DNA of 63,597 nucleotides, filler included, from Folioceros fuciformis (taxonomy: Eukaryota), in NCBI GenBank assembly GCA_049999805.1. It is 7 parts of 7 records of this genome, joined end to end, with 100 filler letters (N's around TTAATTAATTAA, not from the genome) between each part and the next. Parts side by side here need not be neighbours in the genome. Positions count along the whole stretch, not along the records: positions 1 to 30,484 come from JBNGIO010002949.1; positions 30,585 to 53,152 come from JBNGIO010002950.1; 5 more parts are not named here. One strand, written 5' to 3'. Position 1 is the stretch's first letter; each line of letters opens with the position of its first letter. Below, one piece after another: positions 23,548 through 35,666 of this stretch. Under the pieces are notes generated by a model. That model ran no database searches, had not been told where the DNA came from, and saw nothing but the letters and a program-made list of their open reading frames with translations. Made by a program: the position numbers and the translations under genes.

Positions 23548-24540
23548 ACCTCCGGCCAGCTAGACCGCCAGTTCGCGCTCTTCCTCCTGTTACACCACAC
23601 TCGGTCCTGCAAGCAGAACTGCACAGACGCCCACGACGAACCCAGTGCTCAACCTAATGAAGGAAAAAATAACTGCGCCGTTTTCACCATGCGAAACAAA
23701 TATGGTAAGTCCGTACGCGGATGACAAGGCGCGTGGAGGCTACACCCCGCCAAACACATGTACACCTGGGTACGCTATAGCTACATATGCACTTCAGGTA
23801 GGTCACCTAAAGGGTTAGTTCCCGTCTACGCTTTCTTTCTCGTTAACATATCCATCATCCATAGCCTCCGAACCTGGAGCGTCAAAGACTGGATTCTATT
23901 GGCAGAAGGAGAATCAAGCATACCACTCTCTCGTGGAAAACAAGACGGGGAAACCATCTACTGCGAGAGGGGCAACAACCCTGAGAAGGAAGGGGATCCA
24001 ACCAATGGGATTAGAGCACGTAGGGACCCGTCTCTAAGGCTAAGGTTAAAGCTAAGCCGTCTCCATTTGAGAGGCTTGCGACGGTACCCGTATCTCCTAG
24101 ACCTATTTTACGACAAACGTTTGTTCACGACAAAACGCAACTAGGTGCTAAGCAACGAGACCAAGAGTCGTAGGAAGAATTCCAAGGTTGGGAACCCTTT
24201 TCGTACCATTTGCTCAATTGGAGAGTGTCTTCCCGCAAGCTCCGTTGTTTCGATGGTCTCATGAAAAGCTCAGGCCTGTGAGGATCGTGCCACACATTTC
24301 TTGGGAGAAAGCAGTTGAAGATGTCAAGGTCGAATGCAACATCAAGGACGTCCCTACCAGCGACGCCCAGGACTACACTGAATAGAATGACAACTGCCAC
24401 TACAACTCTCGCAATATGACCATCTCCGAATGCCTTCGCAAGTAATGTAAACTGCCCAAACTGCTACTGAAGGGCGAGCTTCTCAGAGTGCGAGCTTCAC
24501 TCAACCCTCAGATTGTTCAACTTGCACCAAGTAACCAAAG

Positions 24541-26031
24541 CTATCTTAAAGAGGGAAACACAGGACCAGTATCATGCGTGAACTTGTCGTGAGGAGGGGC
24601 ATTTGAACACTTAAACCCATGCATCCTGGTGAACAAGGACTCCTCCCCTAGCAGAGCTTCGATCCGGTATGCCACCAGGTGGCTGGAGCCACGAACAAAC
24701 TTGTCCAACATTTCCACCTGCTTATCTGTGACTGTGAGGCTCTCCCATCGAAACTGGATCCACAAGACGTGTATGCAGAACGGCAGTGGTCCAAATCTGT
24801 GCAGAACTAATTCAAATTCCTGCTCCGGAACAGCCATCATGGTTACTTGTTTGACAGTCTTGGGCACCAGAAGAAATAGGTCGCAGAAGTAGCGACCCAT
24901 CTCCACGCCTTCATCAATATCATGGTCAGGGACACCTGGATTGAACTGGCAACAAAAACTGAGGGACTGAAGAGCTGGAAGACTATGGAGAAAGTCCTTG
25001 AGATCAGACAAACAGCCACGCGCCTTGAATGTAATAACAACATCCTTCAACTTCACCAACTTCAGAGCTAAAGCTCGGAGCCTTTCATTATTCGCAGTCC
25101 GCTGCTCTTGAGGCACCTGCCACTTGGTCATAAAAAAGCAAGCTTCTTCCAATGCCAAAGGATGGGCCAACCCGTCAAACATTTCAAGGTCCTTCCCTTC
25201 TAGCCTAAAAGCTGTTCCAAACGACTTCAACTTAGGGCAATGCTGAAAGAACCTGAGCCATGTTTGCTGCAGTGAAATATCCTCCCATCGCATCTCTGCT
25301 GCTACGTACACTTCCAGCTCGGGACAAGAATTTCGTATGGCGTTAAGGGCCACAAACGGTTTCAACAGCTGCCAGTACTGTCTGTGACCCCTGCTGCGCG
25401 GGAACTTAAAAATAGAGAACTCAACATCCAGCTCCAGCTCTTTCAACCCAGACTGGGTGGCCAGAAGTCGATCCAGGCAATAACAGTGAGCAAGCACGTC
25501 AATGGGACGAGGAATTCCGTTCCGACCATTCCACCAGGCAACGTCCACGATAGTCGTGTTTCTCAGATCCCTCACAAGCCATTCGCAGCCTGGGTCCCAA
25601 TGATCAAGAAACCGCTCCATGATGGCATCCACCAGAGCTCTGTCATACACCCACGTGTTATGCCGCAAGTACTGCTCCTTCGACCGGAAACTGGTGACAC
25701 TGCACTTGAAGTAGCACTTGTGGAGCTTAGCCTTGGAGAAGCGTTCAATGAGCTCCCGGCATAACCGAGCCGTGACGACAGGGAAACACCTCATATCCAT
25801 TACCCTCCGTTCATCGTACATCCTGCGGGCCAGATTGGAGACAGCTCGGCAGGTGAGGAAGAGATTTGGCAGATCATTCAAGCCCACGTACTCCGATATT
25901 TGCAGCAACACGTTGTCTGGAAGCTCCAGAAGAGTGTATCCCTGACTACTCGCCTCGTCTTTGTGTGGACCTTTCCTAGCTCGCTTCACCTCTCCGCACA
26001 AAGCAAGCTGGTCCGCTAACATGTTCACCAT
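24541..26031 (-). CDS. F-box protein with degenerate LRR/RNI-like C-terminus; intronless ORF
   Basis: F-box LLELPDNVLLQISEYVGLNDLPNLFLTCRAVSNLAR, with LRR-like units CPELEVY, CPKLKSF and LPALQSLSF. The first ATG is at 26031, although the ORF stays open to 26121. Confidence 0.8.
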   Translation of the reverse strand: MVNMLADQLALCGEVKRARKGPHKDEASSQGYTLLELPDNVLLQISEYVGLNDLPNLFLTCRAVSNLARRMYDERRVMDMRCFPVVTARLCRELIERFSKAKLHKCYFKCSVTSFRSKEQYLRHNTWVYDRALVDAIMERFLDHWDPGCEWLVRDLRNTTIVDVAWWNGRNGIPRPIDVLAHCYCLDRLLATQSGLKELELDVEFSIFKFPRSRGHRQYWQLLKPFVALNAIRNSCPELEVYVAAEMRWEDISLQQTWLRFFQHCPKLKSFGTAFRLEGKDLEMFDGLAHPLALEEACFFMTKWQVPQEQRTANNERLRALALKLVKLKDVVITFKARGCLSDLKDFLHSLPALQSLSFCCQFNPGVPDHDIDEGVEMGRYFCDLFLLVPKTVKQVTMMAVPEQEFELVLHRFGPLPFCIHVLWIQFRWESLTVTDKQVEMLDKFVRGSSHLVAYRIEALLGEESLFTRMHGFKCSNAPPHDKFTHDTGPVFPSLR

Positions 26032-26447
26032 AGCCCACCTCCACAACAACTGTCTGCTGGACGCTTCAAATGTTTCACGACCTTCCACCACCAGGCTATC
26101 ATGCCTTGATATCGATAGCACGCACGTTCCTCGGATTACGATACCACGACAGTCCCTTCCACTACCAGGCTATTGTGCCTGGATACCAGGCACGTATTGT
26201 CCCTCCATCCCACCAGGTGCAAGAAGGCCCCAAGTAAGACCCATCACTCAGACCAAAACAACACCCCACGGAGATCATGAAGAAGCAAGGCCCTTCCAAC
26301 GGCAACAGAAATCCCCCCAGATAAGAAGATACCGAAACAGCAGAGGAGCAGGCTATATGGCACCGTGTTGTTAACGAAATGTGATGAGTGTGAAACTGGT
26401 TTACGTATTTGGTTGCTGTGTGTACAGGCACACAGCGGAAGGTCGCC

Positions 26448-28151
26448 ATGGCGGAAGATGGTGGCCAGTTTGTGAGTTTTTTGCAGGGTCTGGTTGACTG
26501 GCAACATGGGTCGCAGGAGCAGATTAGCGGGGCGCTGCAGTCTGCTGTGACGAGGACGCTGGATCGTGAGTTTCGTGAGCGGAGTGGCTGGGCAGCTGTA
26601 ATACCACAGCTCCTAACAGTTCTGCGCCGAGGTTTTGTTGTAGGAGACAATGGATCTTCTTGTCTTGTCCCTGAAGACAGGGGTTTCCGTGTCAGGCTGC
26701 TGGTCACTAAGCTGCTGAGGAATCTGTGTGCCGGAGTGAGGAACAATCAAGAGGCCTTTCGGGATTGCGAAGGCGTAGAAACTGTTGGGAGTATTGCCCA
26801 GGCGTTATTCGCCGCGGGAGGTCATTCAGGGCTGGTGTTGGAGTTCTTACTTCTGGTGCTTCAGTTGTTGGGGAACTTAGCTACCGGCGGGGAAGAGAAT
26901 CAAGCTGCCGTGTGGAAGAAGTGGTTTCCTGATTTGTTTCACTCCGTCTTCCAGCTGGATGAAGCCACAATTTATGACCCCTTGTGTATGCTGCTGTTTA
27001 CCTGCTGCCGGGGGAGTGACGCGAGGAGCCGGGACCTGTGTGAGGCCGGGCACTTGCTTTTGGCGCCTTTGTTGAACTTCGCGGAGAAACATCTTGGCTA
27101 TGGAGGGTCTAACACCCCTGCCGCTGCTGAACATGTGGAGGGAGGTGTCCAGGACCCTGGAGCCGGGGGAATGGTGGTGTTTGCAGAGGTAGAGGGTTCG
27201 AAGAGGGAAGTGCACGTCTGGCTGGAGCTTCTGCTGACACATTTGTGTCTGGTGCGGCCGTTTCTTCTTCGATTGTTCGGCTCGCTTGGTCCAGCAGTAA
27301 CTTCCGATTTGGGATCTTCGGTCGAAACATCATCATTTAACAAGGAACAGGCGATACTGCTGGGGTCTCTATGCTCCATTTTGCATGACAGGGCGGAGGA
27401 GTTGTTGCAGGCCAGGAGTGATACGTTAGGCATTACACGTGAGACAGATGCGGATCCTCCTCTTCACGTGGACTCTGTGAGTTTTCTGGTTGACCTAGTA
27501 CGAGTAGGGGGGCAAGTCAGACACTTCGCCGCGGGTGATGGCACCGCCGTAGTTGCAGCGGATGTTCTACGATTTGGATTGTTTTCTCTGAGAATGATTT
27601 GCTCTTGGGAAGCAGATGGTCCATCCCTAAAGGAGTGGCGCTCGCACACACTTGGTCAGCTCCTTTCACATGGTTTGCTGAAGTTGATGTTGGACATGCT
27701 GGAGGCGTTGGGACCCCCTGAAATTGTGAAAGACAAGTCTACCGCCACTGTTACTGAATTGGGGGAGTGCAGAAGCAGCTCATCCCTGTCTGGGTTTGCG
27801 CAGACAAATCCCTATCCAGGCTACAGGAGGGACATTGTTGCAGTCATAGCAAACATGTGTTTCCGTAATCAGCAGGCCCAGGATACAATTCGTGACAACG
27901 GGGGGCTCGCTTTGGTGCTTCAGCATTGTGTCGTGGACAAGGAGAACCCCTTTTTGAGAGAGTGGGGCTTCTGGGCGATGCGGAATATTCTCCTGGAGAA
28001 CGAGAAGAATCAAATGGAAGTAGGTGGGTTGGAAGTCCGGGGTTCTGTGAACACTGAAGAAGTTCATAACATGGGCTTTTCTGTGGAAATAGACCCCATC
28101 ACCGGGCGTCCTAAACTGGTGAACCTAACACCTGAGAACAATGCTCGATGA
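26448..28151 (+). CDS. ATXN10: Ataxin-10 / Ctr86 family ARM-repeat protein; intronless
   Basis: LLRNLCAGVRNNQ and LQLLGNLA, plus the C-terminal ataxin-10 domain GYRRDIVAVIANMCF..QDTIRDNGGLALVLQHCVVDKENPFLREWGFWAMRNILLENEKNQ. Confidence 0.92.
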   Translation: MAEDGGQFVSFLQGLVDWQHGSQEQISGALQSAVTRTLDREFRERSGWAAVIPQLLTVLRRGFVVGDNGSSCLVPEDRGFRVRLLVTKLLRNLCAGVRNNQEAFRDCEGVETVGSIAQALFAAGGHSGLVLEFLLLVLQLLGNLATGGEENQAAVWKKWFPDLFHSVFQLDEATIYDPLCMLLFTCCRGSDARSRDLCEAGHLLLAPLLNFAEKHLGYGGSNTPAAAEHVEGGVQDPGAGGMVVFAEVEGSKREVHVWLELLLTHLCLVRPFLLRLFGSLGPAVTSDLGSSVETSSFNKEQAILLGSLCSILHDRAEELLQARSDTLGITRETDADPPLHVDSVSFLVDLVRVGGQVRHFAAGDGTAVVAADVLRFGLFSLRMICSWEADGPSLKEWRSHTLGQLLSHGLLKLMLDMLEALGPPEIVKDKSTATVTELGECRSSSSLSGFAQTNPYPGYRRDIVAVIANMCFRNQQAQDTIRDNGGLALVLQHCVVDKENPFLREWGFWAMRNILLENEKNQMEVGGLEVRGSVNTEEVHNMGFSVEIDPITGRPKLVNLTPENNAR

Positions 28152-28973
28152 CCTTCCTCAGAGAACAAGTGGATTCAAGTGACCCACCATGTACTCATCC
28201 CGACCTTTCCTTGCGGCTGATTGGTGTTGGCTTGTGACGGTCACAGTTCTTTCGTGAAACAACGGCAACAAAGCCTATGGCCTTGTATGAGGGGAATGAA
28301 GGACATGCAGCACGGCAAGGATGGTGGTATCTGACAGATGACAAGACGAGAGGGAAGCTTGGAAACGATGTAGAAGATCCGTACCGTCCTGAAGCTCAAG
28401 CTGTGTGATACTCGTTGGGCCCCAAGTTTCTCTAAATTTCCGGCATGGAAGGTGTTTGATATTGTCCTGAAGTTCCAAAGTTGGATTGGCACTTAGGAAC
28501 AGGCACCATGGTTGGCAAACTCTCCTGAGCTTCGTTTTGTCGATTGTTGTGTGTTTCCTACAGGGACAACATGCGGATAATGTCCCGGTCCCATAGCCAG
28601 ACAAACTCAGTTTGATGTTCCTGACGAAACGATGGACTGCAGTTCTACCACCGGTGACGGGGTTGTTGGAGAGACGGACTGCAGTACTACTCTCCGGGAG
28701 GATACGACAACAGGACGTGTGTTAAGAGACAAGATGAGCACAGTCTCCCAACTATGTTGACTGGTACTACAGAGCGGCTCTCCCGTAGATGGGAATGGGA
28801 ATATGAACACAGTGATTCCATATTTCTTCGTCCTCATCCTTGTCCGTGGCCACACATCTGTCACCGGCACAACACTGGCAGAGCACCATAGTTTATGTTG
28901 TAAAGTATAGGAATCACGTTCAATGCCAGCAGGGGGCAACATGCAATTCCTCATTTTGCTAAATACATGTGTG

Positions 28974-29198
28974 GAGCTAGTCCCTGGAGGACGCGCGGCA
29001 TGGCATGGGCGGGGGTTTGGTACTGATATCTGACCCTTCCAATCGCGGGCCGTCGCCCCGATTGGAGCATCTTTCACTGGACGTCTCGAGCTTGTCCCCG
29101 GAGGACGTGCAGCTTGGCATAGACGGCGGATCGCAAGCAGTCCTGATATCTGGTCCTTCCGATCGCGAGCCGCGATTGGCGCGTCTTTCACTGGACGT
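28974..29198. repeat. Two-copy 114-bp imperfect direct repeat
   Basis: Copies start at 28974 and 29088 (gagct.gtccc.ggaggacg..ggcat..gatatctg..ccttcc.atcgcg..attgg.gc.tctttcactggacgt). Confidence 0.85.
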
Positions 29199-29534
29199 GA
29201 GTTGAGCGTCATCGGAGTGCTCGCGCCGCGTTCTCTCAGGGGCACGTGCTTCTGGCAAGGCCAGGGCAGGCAGGGGCTCAGCAGCTTTTAAGTACGGAGC
29301 CTGTATGGATTTGCGAGTGGGATGCAGCCGCTCTGGGCTCCAGAACACGGCGTGGTCTTGCTCGGGCGTGGTGAACTTCTGCACTGCTCCACCTCCAGGC
29401 TTCATACATGTATGCACTTGAGGCGGGCAAGGGTGTCGCGGACGTGAAGTGTTTCCGTGACTGGGAGCATGTAGCGGGAAGGTGGAGCTGCAGGGTGAAG
29501 GGAGACGTGGGGAGGCGATTAGGAGTAGGGGGAA

Positions 29535-30484
29535 ATGACGGACAGGGGTTCCCTCACGGCGCAGCTGCAGCAGGTATGGCTGCAAACGCAGATTTCCAAG
29601 GAGAGCAGGGTTTCTCCGCCGCCGCCTACATCTGCGGCCCCGCCGGCCCTTGCGGCTGCCAAGGAGAGGTCTGTGCCCATGATGCTTGCAGATGCCCTGA
29701 GGCAGTCCAACTCCGTCTCCAGTGTCAACTCCAGCGGAAGCGGAAGAGAGGAGAGGACGGGGAATGGCGTGGCCGATGCTGAACAGGAAGCGTGGGCTAC
29801 CTCCCCCGCCTCGGTGGCATGGGCTCCTTCCCCGACCTCGTATGACGGCTCTGGGAGCGTGCGGGTTTCTGAGGCGTGGTCGTCTCCAGTGCGGTCGGAG
29901 GGCACGCTGAATGCGGAGCTGGAAGGGGTGGATATTTCGTCGACTCCGGGGCCCGGGCTTGGGGGTGAGCAGCAACAGCGGGTGGATCCGACTTCGGCCT
30001 ACTTCGCTTGCCTGCTTGCGGACCAGGGACTGAGTAAGCAGAAGCACATGCTGGTGGACTGCGTGGCGTACCAGGCGGTGCATAATGAGCTAGCGGACTT
30101 GATAGGGGATGTTCAGAATAGGTTGGAGTTTGTCAATGGGCCGTTGCATCCTACCAAGTGTCCGAATGCCCTTGTGGAGAGTTGGCTCAGCATGGAAAAT
30201 TATGATAAATTCTCTGAAGATGAGAAACTATTGGACTATGACACTGTAATTCCAGCGCCTCCGCCTCTTCTTGTGGCAAGCCCGGACTTACCGGCATCCG
30301 CTGACTTTGTCATGGTCGATGGTCCACAGCTTCCCCCGTCATCTCAGGTGCCTAGCTTCGATGGTGGGCATATTCCCTCCTCCCCTCAGCTTCCCAGCTT
30401 CAATGGTGGACATGTCCCCTCCTCCCCGCAGCTGCCCAGCTTCAATGGTGGGCATGTTACTTCCCCCCCGCAGCTGCCTAGCTT
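29535..30484 (+). CDS. Uncharacterised ORF (>315 aa) running into an assembly gap; possibly transposon-derived
   Basis: ATG at 29535. A Ser/Pro-rich N-terminal half is followed by a globular-looking segment (AYFACLLADQ..HNELADLIGDVQNRLEFV..WLSMENYDKF), then repeats. No family recognised. Confidence 0.4.
30340..30484 (+). repeat. 42-bp coding tandem repeat (PSFNGGHVPSSPQL), truncated by the gap
   Basis: At least three copies of cccagcttcaatggtggacatgtcccctcctccccgcagctg run into the N gap. Confidence 0.85.
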
Positions 30485-30584
30485 NNNNNNNNNNNNNNNN
30501 NNNNNNNNNNNNNNNNNNNNNNNNNNNNTTAATTAATTAANNNNNNNNNNNNNNNNNNNNNNNNNNNNNNNNNNNNNNNNNNNN
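30485..30584. other. Assembly gap with an artificial TTAATTAATTAA linker; identical gaps at 53153-53252, 55780-55879, 57164-57263, 58777-58876 and 62342-62441
   Basis: Six identical 100-nt blocks of N with a central 12-mer that has stop codons in all six frames. Confidence 0.97.
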
Positions 30585-30687
30585 CGGCATCTTACCAAAA
30601 TAGTTTTCACTTAATTCTGCATTTCGATTGTAATTTTAAAAAAAATATTAATTATAGTTATTTAATGTTGAATCACTCCACAAGTAT

Positions 30688-31056
30688 GATAGTTGGAGAT
30701 CGCAACTATAGAGGCTGCGAATTGATGGATTTTAGGGTTTTGAAGATTCTAAATTCCTATGTCAATAGAGTTGTTTTGCAAGTTAATGTTGAGAAGATAG
30801 TTCGAGATCGCAATTATAGAGCTACGAATTAATGGATTTTAGGGTTTTGAAGATTCTAAAGTCCTATATCAATAGAGTTGCTTTGCAGGTTAATGTCCCT
30901 TTTTTGTCTACTTCTTCTACAAGTCACCTTCCCTTCTCTACTATTAGCATGGGCCGACCATGGAGGGGTATCAATACTAGACTAAGCATAAGATACAAGG
31001 TAGGAGGAGCCCTTCAATACTAGACTAAGCATAAGATACAAGGTAGGAGGAGCCCT
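30688..31056. repeat. Local duplications: a ~108-bp pair and a ~43-bp pair
   Basis: gatagtt.gagatcgcaa..ttttagggttttgaagattctaaa..gttaatgt occurs twice, and caatactagactaagcataagatacaaggtaggaggagccctt occurs twice. Confidence 0.8.
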
Positions 31057-32299
31057 TTTGGCTATGGTTCACTTTAACGTCTTGGTTGTTACAACCTTGT
31101 TGATATCACATGACCTATGATATCCTTTAATGATTCATAACACTCATATCTTGGGTCCGACCAATTGTATTAAGGAAGCCTTCGAGCTTTTTTCTTTGGA
31201 GCTAGCTCGTTTTGGACTAAAAGTGAATATTTGAGAGTAGCATTTGGTCCACCTCTTGGAGATTATCTCTTTATCTTCCCATAGGATGAACTTGTCTCCT
31301 TGTAAGGTTTGTGAGTAAAAGGTGTTCCAATGGGGCCTCCAACCTTTATACAGAAGTTTAAGGTCATGGCTTTTGAGGAAGACATAACTCCTGTGGATGA
31401 CCTTTCCAAATTGGGGACTGATACGTTGCTTTTAGCATTTCTCTTCATGTTTTGCTCCAGCTTGGGCTATCTTCTTCACATAGTACCCCATTATGGGAGT
31501 ACTATGTGAAAAAAGAAAGATGCAAGAAAGAAGAGAAGTGGAGAAAGTTGCTAGTATGATTCAAAAACCTAAATGCAAGAAAGAAACCCTATAAAGTCTT
31601 CCTTTCATCTACATATGTACTGCATGCACCCAAGCAACTTCAGCTAAATTAACAAAGTATTAGCTTTACATCTATTAAGGTGGCACAAAATAAGTGTGCA
31701 CTTTAAGGGAAGAATTCGCCTACGACTCGGAGGGCTGGCTTGGGCTGGAAACTATGTGTCCGTAACTCTTATGTATGTGGCTTGTTTATGCCCTCTCCTT
31801 CCCTTCCTGGACTATTTTTGGATGACCCATACAGTGGATCCAGTTTTTAGGCGAATGCGGTTCACTTTTTGCGCTGGTTCAAACGGTGAGGGCCAGGCCT
31901 GACGTGAAACACTTACTTGTGGGCTGGCCCCCCAGCTGCGGTACTGAGTGATGTTGACCTTGTGCCGTAAAGATTTGAGGGACAATCACCTGGCTGCGAA
32001 TCCTTCCTGTCTCCAATGTGTGGGTTGTGGGGCTTCTGCGGAAGTAGTCCATGTTGAGTGTGGAGACGGTTGGATGGAGAGGGTGAGTTTAAGCAAGCGG
32101 TAGTGGTAGGGAGTGGAGTGGCCACTGTGCCATACCTTTGGAGGCGGCCGGGAGAGCTGACCGAGAAGAACCGGTACCAGCCAAGCTTTAATGCTGGATA
32201 GATGCGGGTTGCTAATTTATGGATGATCCGAGATCTTCAGTGGTGGATGTGGCGTGTGAATTCGGACTGGACTGTCAGGAATGAGTAGGTACAGTGAAG

Positions 32300-35200
32300 A
32301 TGTATGCTAGAACGGCTGCCCGGGGCGGGCATTCGACAGAGTACACCGTCAAGTTGGACCAGGTGCCCCGCTGGAGTGAGCAGGATCAAAGGCCATCGGA
32401 ATCCGGAGGAGCGGCTGCTCGTCCCTCTTCGGAACACGCCTTTTCTGACCCGCTCACTTCCCTGTCGAGCGAGAATGGCAGCAGGGGATTGTCCACTAAG
32501 TTCCAGGTGGATAATGAGATCAACTCCAAGCTCTATTTGTGGCGAGGAACCCCTTGGGCTCTTGAAGTTGATGCCGTCGTCAACTCTACCAATGAGGTAT
32601 GAATTGCTCTTCGCTAGGGTTTCTCTGTCGATGCTGGATTTTTGTGGGCGAGAGATACAGGACCGTAGCGAGGTGAAATTTTGTTGTGCTTTCACCTCGT
32701 TGTGTTGCTGGTTCTAAATTTAAGGGTGAATGTCACCGTCAGAATATGGATGAGGCGCATAGCAGCCCTGGTCTACATGCGGCTGCAGGTCCAGGGCTTG
32801 CGGAAGAGTGCTCTACGCTGGTGAGTTTGGACAGATCGTTTGGTTTGTGATGTCGGTGGCAGGTGGGAATTTTACTCTGATAGAGGATGCTGGCTGTACC
32901 CAGGGAGGCTGCAGAACGGGCATGGCTAAGGTTACCAGTGGTTATGACCTACCTGCCAGGTGCTGGATTTATTCTGTGTATAGAGTGGATGTATTTTGAA
33001 AAGGCTTCGACGAAATTGTGGCCTTGAACACCTGGCATTTTGCAGGCGTGTTATTCACACTGTCGGTCCAATATATGCGATGAAGTATCAGACTGCTGCA
33101 GAAAATGCTCTTAGTCATTGCTACCGCTCTTGCCTGGAACTGCTTATTGAGCAAGGGCTTCAAAGGTGAGCCACGACTTGACTCTGGATAGCAATGCTCC
33201 TCGTTGCGTTGCTTGTGCTCAAATGTGTGGATTTGTGAATCTTACGTGTTAGTGTTCTCATGACCCAGTATTGCAATGGGCTGTATCTACACTGAGGCGA
33301 AAGGCTATCCTCGAGAGCCTGCTGCCCATGTTGCAATAAGTAAGTGACTGAGCGTAGTGTGCGCTTACTGGGGGAAAATCTGGTTCTGTGGCTCACTTCA
33401 TCTTCATCTGTCACCAGGGACGGTTCGTCGATTCCTGGAAAAGCACAAGAACAAAATAGTTGGTGTTGTATTCTGTACCACCACGTCTGCTGACACAGAG
33501 ATATATAAAAGGTATGAGTGTGCTGCACCCTATCTGTTGGTCCTCTTCTTCAAGGGTTTTGTCTCCTGGACGACGCCTTTATTTCAAATAACCGTATGTT
33601 CTTGTCAGAGCGTTTGAACAGCAGGCAGTGGCTATGTCGTTGCAGGTTGCTGCCACTGTACTTCCCCCGGGACAGTTTAGAAGAGGAGATTGCGTCTATG
33701 AAGCTGCCAGCAGATGTTGGAGACGAAAATGGCGAGACAGTTATCTCAGAGCGCAAAATCAGAATCTCTGCGCTTCCAGGAACAACTGGAATGTCCCCAC
33801 GAAGGCAGCCGACAGGGGGTGATGACTTTGCTGTAAACCATCGAGCCTTCGCACCTCTCAGGTGTTTATTTGTTACATTCAATCTTTTTGCCGCATTTCC
33901 AGTTTCCTCTGAAGCTGCCTGGAATTTTCTGACCTCTTCCTGTCTTCAGAACTGATTCTCTAGATGCCTTGGTGGATCCCATGTTCATGAGCATGACTCG
34001 GGACCCAGATCAGCGTCGCAAGGAACAATGGGAGAAGTCCGCTCAAGCACAGGCTGGTTGGGGTTGGGGTAAATGGCTAGGTCTAGGTGGTATCGGATTT
34101 TCTCCTATGGCTCCTGCAGAGGAGGACTCACTGCATGCCAGATACCTTGCGAGGGCTAATGCTGTTAATCTAACTGAAATCGCTGAAATGAAGATCATGT
34201 AAGTTTCTAACTATTATGCTCCCGTGAAGTTGTGTTAAGACACTGTTGGGATACTTCCAGGTGGGGTGGGCAGGAGGAAGGGAAGTGAACATTCTTTTGT
34301 AACAGGTTGTGTGATGGTGCACCTGCAGCTATCGAGGTGGAGTGGATGCTGATGGTAGGCAGGTTATGGTAATTGTGGGTGCACACTTTCTTCTTCGATG
34401 TTTGGATTTGGAGCGTTTCCTGCTTTACGTTGTCAAGGTATGATTCCAAACAATGCAGAACCAAGAAAAGTTTCAGTTAGGATCACGGGTGCTGTTGGTA
34501 AGCACAGAAGTTCGAAATTGAATCTGTTGAGCTTATTGATGGTCTGCCTGGTACGCTGTGTCATGTCTGCATACTCGCTTCTGCTCCTGATTGTGGAGCT
34601 AGTCTTGTAATTTGCAGGAATTCGAACCAGTTATTCAAAGGCCTTATACAATAGTGTATCTCCAGTCTGCCGCTGCACTCCAGTTGTGAGCCCCGTTTAC
34701 CTTGCTCCCATTCCTGTGCGTGGAAGTGCTTTGGATCTTGCTGCATTTCTTCTTACGTGTGAACAAATCAAACAGGCAGCCAGACCTTGCCTGGATGGCT
34801 CACCTGCAGCAGATTCTTGGTCGCAAACACAGAAAAAACCTGCATGTAAGTGGTAATTTCTTACATGAGCCTCATTCTCGGCCGGGTTAGTGATTCCCAT
34901 TTTTTGAGATAAGAACTGTAAAACTGACTTCCAGTGGCACTTAAAATTCTTCACTGGGCTTCAAGGCTGGGCTGTGCATGATTGTGTTACTTCTACTAGA
35001 ACCTGAAGCGATAATCCACTCCTTTGTTCTGCCGTGCTGTGACGCAGGCGGTGTATGTTCTCCACTCGACACTTGGTCTGAGAGCAACGATCTTCGCCCT
35101 CCAACTATTTGTGGACTCGATGGTGTGTTGTCTGAGTGGATTTTGCAAAACCATAGCCCTGTATTCTGGACCACAGAAAAACTTGCGGGGGACTCCTCTG

Positions 35201-35666
35201 TCGACAATGGCAGAGCAGAGCACCTGCTGTGCATACTGCTTTTCGTGCGTGCATTCGTTGCTTTGGCTACGCAGCATGGTCATGCAGCTTTCTGCGGATG
35301 TCACATCTGCTAGATAGCAAGTCAGGCCGTCCTAAGTGCGGGCTAAGCGCATACTCTGTTGGTAGTCGTGGCGGTGACCGTTCTCGTCCCTTCATGTGTG
35401 CAGGTGTGGAAGAAGGTGGTTTACATCGAGAGGTTACTGGACCTGTTCCGGTATGTCCCGAGAGAGCAGCTGACCATACCGGACTTCGTATTTCAGTAAG
35501 CAAACAAGACGCCGCTGGATTTACCCTTTTGTGGTGATCTATCTGAATGCCTGATAACGATAGACTTGTCACTTGCAGGCATGACCTTGAGGTGAACGGG
35601 GAAAAAGGGCTTGGCGCCGACCCTAAGTCGAGAGCCGTGGCAGGCAGGCACCGCCTACCCTCATGA
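32300..35666 (+). CDS. GDAP2: GDAP2-like protein (Macro domain plus CRAL-TRIO/Sec14 domain); multi-exon
   Basis: [99 protein letters not shown] and QLTIPDFVFQHDLEVNG. Stop TGA at 35664-35666. Confidence 0.93.

Noticed and set aside
28977..30083. 368-aa Arg/Pro-rich minus-strand ORF
   Set aside because: It has the composition of an antisense frame of the GC-rich + strand ORF.
30529..30540. Recurrent TTAATTAATTAA palindrome
   Set aside because: It is always centred in a 100-nt N block, so it is an artificial contig linker. Adjacency across these gaps is not verified.
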